Assembly (NCBI GenBank): GCA_041645165.1
Contig: JBAZQN010000009.1
Location: forward strand, 4,674-68,673
Source: Patescibacteria group bacterium
GTDB taxonomy: Bacteria > Patescibacteriota > Patescibacteriia > 2-02-FULL-49-11
Reading direction: 5' to 3'
DNA: 64,000 nucleotides
Shown here one piece after another: positions 56,125 through 64,000 of the stretch (positions are counted from its first letter, which is position 1; every line of letters starts with the position of its first letter). The notes beneath the pieces are model-generated. The model searched no databases. It was not told where the DNA came from and saw nothing but the letters and a program-made list of their open reading frames with translations. The position numbers and the translations under genes were made by a program.

Positions 56125-56629
56125 AGGAAAAGACAAGCATCTTTTTTCAAAATTGCTTCTTTTTGCATGGGGAGTTGCGCTCACGCTCTTTATTTTATTT
56201 TTATCCACACTATTCCCGTACCCTATTAGCCTGATTTCATTCGCGCTTGTAAGTGTTATAATGTTGCGAAAGTATGCAGGAATACCCCCTACGCTTGCAT
56301 GGCTACTCATGATAGGCCTGTATCATGATATCGAGGCTTATCCCGCCATGCCGCTGCTTACCATGCAGCTTTTATGCGCGCTGCTCGTGTTTGAAGCTGT
56401 CGGGCACAGGTTTCACATTTTCGTAAATATAAGCGCGGCCGCAGGCATGGCAGGTGTGATTGCATGGACGGGGGAGTTGATCACCCATAACGGTTCGGGA
56501 ATAATAAATATAAAAATGATGGCAATCTCTATCGTATTGACTGCACTCACATCTGCAGTGTTCATAAATCTCGCATCTCTAATAATGCATGTGGTTAAGA
56601 AATTATTTCGATTCCGTTATGCCCAGTAA
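56063..56629 (+). CDS. MreD-like membrane protein (position-based)
   Basis: Polytopic small membrane protein between mreC and PBP2; the ORF-track start overlaps mreC by 62 nt, so the true start is probably downstream (for example TTG near 56153). Confidence 0.45.
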   Translation: MSNLFPLLIMPLFQYLRGTNKGKDKHLFSKLLLFAWGVALTLFILFLSTLFPYPISLISFALVSVIMLRKYAGIPPTLAWLLMIGLYHDIEAYPAMPLLTMQLLCALLVFEAVGHRFHIFVNISAAAGMAGVIAWTGELITHNGSGIINIKMMAISIVLTALTSAVFINLASLIMHVVKKLFRFRYAQ

Positions 56630-56819
56630 TACAATATCCAAGAGGGAGGCGAAAACTTTAGTGCAAGGAATGGATAATGTAACATAATTCAGGTCAGAAT
56701 ATTAAAGAGCATCTTCATAGCCTCCCTCACCAATCGCCAAACGCTTTCCTCAATCATTATTATGCATCACCACTCCAAGGTCGCATTCATTCTATGGATT
56801 TATACAATGCCAGTCGCGT

Positions 56820-58751
56820 TTGGCGTTGGATATTGATATTCTGGGTATGCAACCTGATCCATTGTTTGGCCCGCAAGAACTATCCTATAAAGGAAGGTCA
56901 TCCCATACGCAGCAAGGATATGACGTTGATTCTCCTCTGCCGCAGGAATCAAAATCTGCCCTTACCCCTCCTCTGTCCCGCAATGCGCTCCGTGTAATGA
57001 CTTTAGCAATGTTCGCGATAGGCATAGTATTTTTTTTTCGCATTATCTATCTCGAAATTATTAAAGGGAGCGAATACCGTGCGGTGTCTGAAGAGAACAG
57101 GCTGCGCGTCGAATGGATTCCTGCAGTACGGGGGTTAATTTATGACCGGCAGGGGAATGCATTGGTATCAAATGAACCGCAATTAAGTCTCCTGCTCTTT
57201 CCTAAATTGTTACCCGCGGACGCATTGAAAAGAAAAGAAATGGCAGCGCTTCTTAAACGCCTTGAGCCGCGCATTGATGAAGCAACCACTTTTGCGATTA
57301 CCGATCCAAGCAATGCGCTGGGCGCTTCTGTGCCGCTTCTTGATTCGCTTGATCGCCAGAATGCGGTAAAAATAATGGCATATAGCGATCAGTTGCCTGG
57401 CATCCAAGTGGAAACTGCGCTTATGAGGTTTACCAAAGAGGGAGAATCGCTTTCGCACGCAGTAGGATTCATGGGACGCATTGATCCAGAATCGTTTAAA
57501 CGCTTGGAAGCGCACCCTAAGCAGTATCAGCAGAATGATTTTATTGGCAAGACGGGCATAGAACAGTATTATGAAGAGACGCTGCGCGGAATGCCAGGGA
57601 GAAGAGTGGTGGAGGTGGATGCGCGGGGGGAGACGAAAGCAACCATCGCGGAAGAATCACCTGTGCACGGTACGGACCTTACCCTCAGTATTTCTGTTTC
57701 GCTCCAGGATGCCCTTTTCAACGCGCTTACGCGCGAGGTGCGCGTTTGCAATAGTCCCGGTGGCGCCGCAGTGGCTTTAGATCCCAGAAATGGCGAAATC
57801 CTTGCACTGGTAAGCGCCCCATCTTTTAATGCGCATACTTTTGCAGGTGGAGACGCCACCTATACCCGTTCTATTATTGAAGACACGCAATACCCTCTTT
57901 TTAACCGGGCCATCGCCGGCCAATATCCCACCGGTTCCATAATTAAACCGATTTTTGCGGCAGCAGCACTCAATGAAGGAATAGTAACTCCTTCTACGGT
58001 CATATCTTCCACAGGAGGGTTGAAAGTGGGTGCATGGTTTTTTCCTGACTGGAAGGCGGGCGGCCATGGATTGGTGACCTTGCGGGGCGCATTGGCAGAA
58101 TCCGTGAACACGTATTTCTATATTATTGGCGGAGGATATGAGGACCAAGAAGGATTAGGGGTCGAACGCATGGCACGGTATGCAGGCGCGTTTGGTTTGG
58201 GTGATCAAACGCATCTAGACCTATTCGGCGAGGCCACAGGATTTCTTCCTACACCGCAATGGAAAGAAGATGCCAAAGGAGAGCCATGGTATATTGGCGA
58301 TACGTACCACTTTGCGATCGGACAAGGGGATGTGCTTGCCACCCCGCTCCAAATGGCGATCATGACTGCGGTATTTGCCAATGGGGGAAACGTGGTAATA
58401 CCTCATCTTTTACAGAATGGCACCAAATCATATATTAAAGAAAATCTTCTCACGAGCGGAGTATTAAATAATAATGCGATCGATGAAGTGAAGAAAGGCC
58501 TTGTGGAAACGGTACGTACAGGGAGCGCTAGGTCACTCGCGGGTTTTCCGGTGCCTATAGCCGGCAAAACAGGAACTGCCCAAATTGGAGGAGATGCGTC
58601 TCCTCATGCCTGGTTTACCGCGTATGCGCCAGCAGACGCGCCGGAAATCGTCATAACAGTCATTGTAGAGCAAGGAGGGGAGGGGAGCGCAGCGGCGGTT
58701 CCCGTGGCCAGGGACGGCTTTTTGTGGTGGTACCAGCAGAGAAATGATTGA
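56820..58751 (+). CDS. mrdA: penicillin-binding protein 2 (class B transpeptidase)
   Basis: SxxK GSIIKP, SxN ESVNT and KTG GKTGTA, after an N-terminal TM and dimerisation domain. Confidence 0.85.
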   Translation: MALDIDILGMQPDPLFGPQELSYKGRSSHTQQGYDVDSPLPQESKSALTPPLSRNALRVMTLAMFAIGIVFFFRIIYLEIIKGSEYRAVSEENRLRVEWIPAVRGLIYDRQGNALVSNEPQLSLLLFPKLLPADALKRKEMAALLKRLEPRIDEATTFAITDPSNALGASVPLLDSLDRQNAVKIMAYSDQLPGIQVETALMRFTKEGESLSHAVGFMGRIDPESFKRLEAHPKQYQQNDFIGKTGIEQYYEETLRGMPGRRVVEVDARGETKATIAEESPVHGTDLTLSISVSLQDALFNALTREVRVCNSPGGAAVALDPRNGEILALVSAPSFNAHTFAGGDATYTRSIIEDTQYPLFNRAIAGQYPTGSIIKPIFAAAALNEGIVTPSTVISSTGGLKVGAWFFPDWKAGGHGLVTLRGALAESVNTYFYIIGGGYEDQEGLGVERMARYAGAFGLGDQTHLDLFGEATGFLPTPQWKEDAKGEPWYIGDTYHFAIGQGDVLATPLQMAIMTAVFANGGNVVIPHLLQNGTKSYIKENLLTSGVLNNNAIDEVKKGLVETVRTGSARSLAGFPVPIAGKTGTAQIGGDASPHAWFTAYAPADAPEIVITVIVEQGGEGSAAAVPVARDGFLWWYQQRND

Positions 58752-58985
58752 TGAGTTTTGATTTATGATTTATGATGATATCTAGACAGGTGAATAAATC
58801 GTAGAGCTTAATTAGACAGTAGAAGAATATCTGCGTACACCTGCCCGCCATAGCCTTTCCCCTAGGAATATCGCGCCCATGGTGTTGCATCTGAATATTG
58901 AGACTGCATTTGTTGATTATAGACAGGCGTAGGCAGGCGGGTCTGCGTGAATACTTTTCATTGAATTATTCTACGTTCTCATAAT

Positions 58986-59768
58986 ATGAAAGGCATTATT
59001 ACTGCAGGCGGGACAGGGTCGAGGCTTTATCCCCTGACGAAAGTGACAAATAAACATTTGCTGCCGGTCTATGACAGGCCGATGATTTATTTCCCCTTAT
59101 GCGCTCTGGTGCAGGCGGGGGTAGATGATATTCTTATCGTGTCAGGGACTGCGCATGTCGGTGATATTTCAGAGCTCCTTTCGGACGGAAGCGCATTTTT
59201 GGATGATATCCGGAGGCTTGACGGGCCTGATAAGTTCTCTGATGTTAAGTTAAAGCTCTCTTACGCGGTGCAAAAAGAAGCGGGCGGCATTGCCCAGGCA
59301 TTATCGCTTGCCGAGGATTTTTCTGATCATGAGCTGATTACTGTGATTTTAGGGGATAATATTATAATAGACGATCTTTCCGCGGGAATAGCTGCTTTTT
59401 CACGGCAGAAAAAAGGCGCTAAAATTTATTTAAAGGAGGTAGCGCATCCAGAACAATATGGCATTGCGGTGATTGAACAGGAGCGCATCGTCAAGATTGT
59501 AGAAAAACCAAAAATGCCGACCTCAAATCTCGCGGTGATCGGCGTATACCTCTATGATGCGCAAGTGTGGGACATCCTGAAAACACTAAAGCCCTCTGGG
59601 CGCGGAGAGCTGGAAATTACGGATGTCAATAATGCTTATATTGAGCGGGGCGAAATGGCGTATGAGATATTGCACGGATGGTGGGGGGATGGGGGTGAAT
59701 CCTTTGATTCGCTTCTTGAAGCAGCACAGCTTATTGCGTCGTCGCGTAATTCACCCCGGCACCATTAA
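58986..59768 (+). CDS. sugar-phosphate nucleotidyltransferase (RmlA/glucose-1-phosphate thymidylyltransferase-like)
   Basis: MKGIITAGGTGSRLYPLT..KHLLPVYDRPMI. Confidence 0.8.
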   Translation: MKGIITAGGTGSRLYPLTKVTNKHLLPVYDRPMIYFPLCALVQAGVDDILIVSGTAHVGDISELLSDGSAFLDDIRRLDGPDKFSDVKLKLSYAVQKEAGGIAQALSLAEDFSDHELITVILGDNIIIDDLSAGIAAFSRQKKGAKIYLKEVAHPEQYGIAVIEQERIVKIVEKPKMPTSNLAVIGVYLYDAQVWDILKTLKPSGRGELEITDVNNAYIERGEMAYEILHGWWGDGGESFDSLLEAAQLIASSRNSPRHH

Positions 59769-59773
59769 TTTTA

Positions 59774-59890
59774 ACGCTTCGGGAACTGACAATTTTATTC
59801 GGCGTCGCGATCAAGCAGCTTGATGCGCCTTTCCGCCGAAAAAATTGCAGTTCCCTTGCTGTTTATATGTAGTCAGTGAGCACTCAATTT
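59774..59890. repeat. about 110-nt intergenic repeat, copy 2 of 2
   Basis: See 3545-3660; identical over most of its length. Confidence 0.6.
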
Positions 59891-59909
59891 AGGCGTTTCG
59901 TTAGCCAGT

Positions 59910-61244
59910 TTAGGGTAAATCGTATTTGAAAATTTTATTTTGCGAAGCAAGATAAAGTGTATCTGAAGAAAAGCCAAGAATGTCGGATTCAGGGAGGGGA
60001 AAGGGAGTGTGGGGATATGCGTCTATTTCAGGATTTATAGAAATAAATGAGAGGTGAGTGGGGGTGGTATATGCGACATAGCCGATTTCAGGGATAAAAA
60101 GCACGGACCGCAAGGTATCTGATATTCGCGTCAAGAGAATGGCACGCTGGGCATTCTTTTTTTTGTCGTAGAGGTAAAGAGATATTTCATGATCATTGGA
60201 AAGGATGAGGCTTTCGCTATTTTGCGACCATGCCGCGCGTGTGATGAATGAAAATTCAAGTGGGGGGAGGCTTGTGTCCGTGAGATCAATGAGCACTACA
60301 CGGGAATTGCGATTATCGAAAAGAGTGAGCGTATTTGTGGGCGAGTGGTTAATAAATTGGGTCTCTGTGGACAACGCGAGGTTTGAGAGGGTGCGGTACA
60401 CATTAGGATCATCGTTGTCGCGGAGTCGGAGCGCCACACTGCCCGTGGGATCTGTTTCGAGCGTATAAAGTCCATTTTGCATAGGCAATATATCTATGAT
60501 ATTTAGTTTGGCATTTAAATATTGGCTTCCTAAATTCAAGACACGGCTTACGGATGCAGAATCCCACACCCAAGCATCGCGGTCATTCAGATGAGCGACA
60601 TGAGTTGCGGTGCGCTTTAATGGGAAACTCTTAATATTATCCTTACCTATCAATGAAGAGGTAACTATAGTTAACACGGTTTGACGAGATTGTGTGAGCA
60701 TCACAAAAGAATTTCCCGTAAGATCTTCTGCGGTGGCGATAAGAGCACCTTTTGTGTCTAGAAATACGCACGTTTCATTATTTGCATTAAAGAGTATAAA
60801 AGGATCAGTTGATGAGGAAGAGAGCAATGTCCACGGGGATGAAGGATTATGAAAGAGAACGGAATGATATGTGCAAGAGGAGGGTAATGCGATAGGGGAA
60901 GCAAGTGAAAATAGGCGGACCGATGAATATAATTTATTTTCCCAAGGTTCTACTGCGGCAGTGGTTTCCCATGACGTATAACCTTGTTTCTCGATTTTAA
61001 TATGGTAGGTCGTGGGGGAGAGTTGGGTGATTCGAAAAGGTGTAAGGTTATTTTGTACAATGCCGTTTATGGTTACTGTGGCGCCTTTTGGTTTGGTTGA
61101 GATAGTAATGGCGCCTGTACCTTGAATGGTGCCGCGTTTGCGATTATAGCGATATCCAGAAGCATACAGGATGATGAGGGGGGCGGTAATTAAAAAAGCA
61201 AGGATGAATAATCCAGCGATAATCCGGCGGGTATTCCGTGTCAT
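59910..61244 (-). CDS. membrane-anchored PEGA-domain protein with a large extracytoplasmic domain
   Basis: N-terminal TM helix; PEGA-like TISTKPKGATVTINGI..TPFRI..L..TYHIKIEKQGY. Confidence 0.6.
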   Translation of the reverse strand: MTRNTRRIIAGLFILAFLITAPLIILYASGYRYNRKRGTIQGTGAITISTKPKGATVTINGIVQNNLTPFRITQLSPTTYHIKIEKQGYTSWETTAAVEPWENKLYSSVRLFSLASPIALPSSCTYHSVLFHNPSSPWTLLSSSSTDPFILFNANNETCVFLDTKGALIATAEDLTGNSFVMLTQSRQTVLTIVTSSLIGKDNIKSFPLKRTATHVAHLNDRDAWVWDSASVSRVLNLGSQYLNAKLNIIDILPMQNGLYTLETDPTGSVALRLRDNDDPNVYRTLSNLALSTETQFINHSPTNTLTLFDNRNSRVVLIDLTDTSLPPLEFSFITRAAWSQNSESLILSNDHEISLYLYDKKKNAQRAILLTRISDTLRSVLFIPEIGYVAYTTPTHLSFISINPEIDAYPHTPFPLPESDILGFSSDTLYLASQNKIFKYDLP

Positions 61245-61466
61245 ATAGCCGCATTATAACATTTATCGTTACTCTCAGCTATATGATAATTGGTACGCGC
61301 TCACTGGCCATGACACCCCCACCAAGCCTCCCTTGTGAGGGGGAGAATAACGAGAGGGGGTTTCATTCGTGAATACATATCCCCTCAGTGAGCGCGTACG
61401 GTAATTGGCATAGGACATAATAATTGGTACAATATAATTGTAAAGGATTTATAAAATAAGGTATCC

Positions 61467-62372
61467 ATGAATTCATATTGTATCGTATCAGGCTCATCGC
61501 ATAAGGCATTTGCTTCTGCTCTTTCTCGGCTACTGCGGGCGCCACTATTGACTGCCGATATACATCCCTATAGCGATAGCGAGACTTATGTGAGGATTAC
61601 TGCATCATCTCAGCAAGTCTATCGTAAACATGCCGTAGTAGTGCAATCGGGGTGCCGTCCTGCATGTGACCATATGGTAGAACTGTTCCTGCTTATTGAC
61701 GCCCTCACGCGCATGCATCCGCGCAGCATCACCGCCGTAATCCCATTTCTTCCCTTTAGGCGTCAAGAGCACGTCAATGTGAGAGGCGAAGGAGTAGGAG
61801 GCGAGTTGTTTGCTAATATATTGAGGGAAGCGGGAGTTACACGGGTGCTCACCAGCGATTTACATCATGAGTCATTCAAACGCTTTTATACAGGCTTGGT
61901 GGAGATAAGCGCGCTTCCTCTCTTTATTGCATATTTTCAAAAGATACGCTCTCATGCGGTTATAGTGTCGCCAGACGAAGGAGGGCAGGTAAGAGCGCGG
62001 CGTCTTGCGGATGCGCTCCATCTGCCTATGTTTTATATTCCAAAGGAGCGTCCGCAACATGACAAGGTTAGGATGCGCAGGTTCGTTTGCAAGGATTCAT
62101 ATCAAACTGCGATTATTATTGATGACGAAATAAACACCGCAGGCACTATCAGTACCAGTGTTGACGTGCTTTGGCAATGTGGCATACACGATATCAGGGT
62201 TGCTGCCACCCATCCGGTGCTGAGCGGTCTAGCCACAGAACGTTTGAAAGATCCAAAGATTAAAGAAGTAGTGTTTGCGGACACCATCCCCATTCCTGCG
62301 CAACTAAAGCTAAAAAAGTACACAGTTCTGAAACTGGAACCTCTTTTTGCTGATATTCTGGAGAAATTATAG
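61467..62372 (+). CDS. prs: ribose-phosphate pyrophosphokinase
   Basis: PRPP synthetase pattern; PRPP-binding loop IIDDEINTAGT. Confidence 0.9.
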   Translation: MNSYCIVSGSSHKAFASALSRLLRAPLLTADIHPYSDSETYVRITASSQQVYRKHAVVVQSGCRPACDHMVELFLLIDALTRMHPRSITAVIPFLPFRRQEHVNVRGEGVGGELFANILREAGVTRVLTSDLHHESFKRFYTGLVEISALPLFIAYFQKIRSHAVIVSPDEGGQVRARRLADALHLPMFYIPKERPQHDKVRMRRFVCKDSYQTAIIIDDEINTAGTISTSVDVLWQCGIHDIRVAATHPVLSGLATERLKDPKIKEVVFADTIPIPAQLKLKKYTVLKLEPLFADILEKL

Positions 62373-62589
62373 AACGTAATTTATCCGAAGTAACTACTCA
62401 TCTTTTCCAGACCAATTACCTTCCTTCTGTTCATACGCTCGGGAACGCACGATTTTTTCGGGCAGACGACCACACCGCCGGTGACGCCTAGCCCTTAAAA
62501 ATCGGCATTCCCCTCGCTTCATCAAACACGCTGAGTAGTTACCCTACACTACATAGTCATAAAGCAATTCTTCATGTTATAATTCAATC

Positions 62590-63882
62590 ATGGCAGAAAG
62601 CACTTCAAGCATAGGGACAGGGAAGAATAGAAGTTGGGTAAAACAAGCTTTGCTCACCTTGCTTTATATTGGGGCGATTTTTGGCGCATATGTGGGAGGC
62701 TTTAGTTTGGGACGTGAAGAAGGGCTTAAAGGCGGCATTCAGACAGGAGGAGAAGGAGGTAAGGTTACCAATAAGGACGCGGGGTCAAGCGCGTCATTGT
62801 TGCAAAATGCCGATTTTAACCTATATTGGGATGTTTGGAAATGGATTCAAGGGAATTTTATTGATAAACCCATAGATGAAAAGAAATTATTTTATGGCTC
62901 TCTCGCAGGCATGGTTGCATCACTGGACGATCCTTATTCTGCATTTATGGAACCAAAACAAGCTCAAGAATTTTCAGAAGAATTGCAGGGGAAATTTCAA
63001 GGAATAGGCGCCGAAATCGGTATTCGCGATAAAAAGTTAACCGTGGTGGCTCCATTGCCCGAAACGCCCGCGGAACTAGAGGGATTGAAAAGCGGGGATT
63101 GGATAATCGAAATTGACGGGACCGACACGACAGGAATGATGCTTGACGATGCCGTTAATCGCATACGCGGAGAAAAAGGCACGCAAGTTAAACTTTTAAT
63201 CATGCGTGAAGATTTCAAAGAGCCGAAAACATTCGTGATCACACGCGACAATATTAAAATTGTGAGCGTGCGTTCAGAGGTAAAAGAAGGCGGAATCGGT
63301 TACGTGCAAATTTCTAATTTTAATGCAGATACGGGAGAACGATTTAGAAATGCCGCAGAATCAATGCTTGTGCAAAATGTAAAAGGGTTAGTGCTTGACC
63401 TTCGCAATGATCCTGGAGGCTATCTTTCCATGGCGGTAGAAATTGCGAGTTACTGGGTGGATGTGGAGAGCCCCGTGGTACTCGAGCGTTCAGGCGATAC
63501 GCTCGTGGAAGAATACCGCGCAATAAAAAATCAAGCACTCAAGGGTATACCGACAGTTGTTTTGATAAACCGCGGATCAGCATCTGCTTCAGAGATTGTT
63601 GCGGGCGCGTTGCAGGATTATGCATTAGCCACCCTCATAGGCCAGCAATCGTTTGGCAAGGGTTCCATCCAGGAGATGCATGACTTCTCCGATGGATCTG
63701 CAGTGAAGCTCACCATTGCGCGATGGTTTACGCCTAAAAACAGGCAGATAGATAAGGAAGGCATTGCGCCAGATGTCGAAGTTGATATAAAGGAAGAGGA
63801 CATAACTGCAGGCAAGGATCCGCAGTTAGAGAAGGCATTAGAGATTCTTAAATCCCAAGCTCAAAGTTCAAATGCCAAATGA
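62590..63882 (+). CDS. ctpA: carboxyl-terminal processing protease (S41 family) with PDZ domain
   Basis: PDZ segment GLKSGDWIIEIDG; catalytic regions LDLRNDPGG and INRGSASASEIV. Confidence 0.85.
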   Translation: MAESTSSIGTGKNRSWVKQALLTLLYIGAIFGAYVGGFSLGREEGLKGGIQTGGEGGKVTNKDAGSSASLLQNADFNLYWDVWKWIQGNFIDKPIDEKKLFYGSLAGMVASLDDPYSAFMEPKQAQEFSEELQGKFQGIGAEIGIRDKKLTVVAPLPETPAELEGLKSGDWIIEIDGTDTTGMMLDDAVNRIRGEKGTQVKLLIMREDFKEPKTFVITRDNIKIVSVRSEVKEGGIGYVQISNFNADTGERFRNAAESMLVQNVKGLVLDLRNDPGGYLSMAVEIASYWVDVESPVVLERSGDTLVEEYRAIKNQALKGIPTVVLINRGSASASEIVAGALQDYALATLIGQQSFGKGSIQEMHDFSDGSAVKLTIARWFTPKNRQIDKEGIAPDVEVDIKEEDITAGKDPQLEKALEILKSQAQSSNAK

Positions 63883-64000
63883 ATAGCCAATCAGTGAACA
63901 ATGACTGAATCGAGTTTCAAATTTTCAATGCTCAATTTTGCAATTTTTAATTAATGATAGAATGCTACAATTTTCAAATTTTGCATCATTGAAAATTATT

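Noticed and set aside
56794-56997. ORF 56794-56997 overlapping the PBP2 start in another frame
   Set aside because: It lies entirely inside the PBP2 N-terminal coding region and has no distinguishing features. An overlapping-frame artefact.

Overview
This window is a gene-dense (>85% coding), almost entirely plus-strand stretch that looks like a reduced-genome bacterium, plausibly Candidate Phyla Radiation/Patescibacteria (inference). Housekeeping content: a partial sigma-70 gene, dnaX, tRNA-Gln(CTG), gyrB, alaS, a ribosomal/rpoA cluster (infA-rpmJ-rpsM-rpsK-rpsD-rpoA-rplQ-rplM-rpsI), two mreB paralogs with mreC, a mreD-like gene and PBP2, plus holB, frr, rseP, proS, prs and ctpA. Accessory content: (i) a B12-binding radical SAM gene, a Cys-containing PD-(D/E)XK nuclease and a membrane-anchored Memo-AMMECR1 fusion in a row, followed by PduL and acetate kinase; (ii) a split MgtE-N/CBS protein directly upstream of a non-canonical NRAMP-family transporter; (iii) four tandem paralogous type IV pilin-like genes, the first disrupted, with a duplicated about 80-nt leader; (iv) a roughly 10-kb glycosyltransferase/envelope locus (GT4, five GT2, O-antigen-ligase-like, DUF4012-like, a stand-alone PPDK_N ATP-grasp domain and a GIY-YIG protein); (v) an unusual density of short intergenic inverted-repeat elements in several families, two with GGATCC-centred palindromes, one copy inserted in-frame in a GT2 gene. 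No rRNA, CRISPR array, transposase or integrase was recognised. Function and family calls rest on motif recognition by eye, and no database search was possible.
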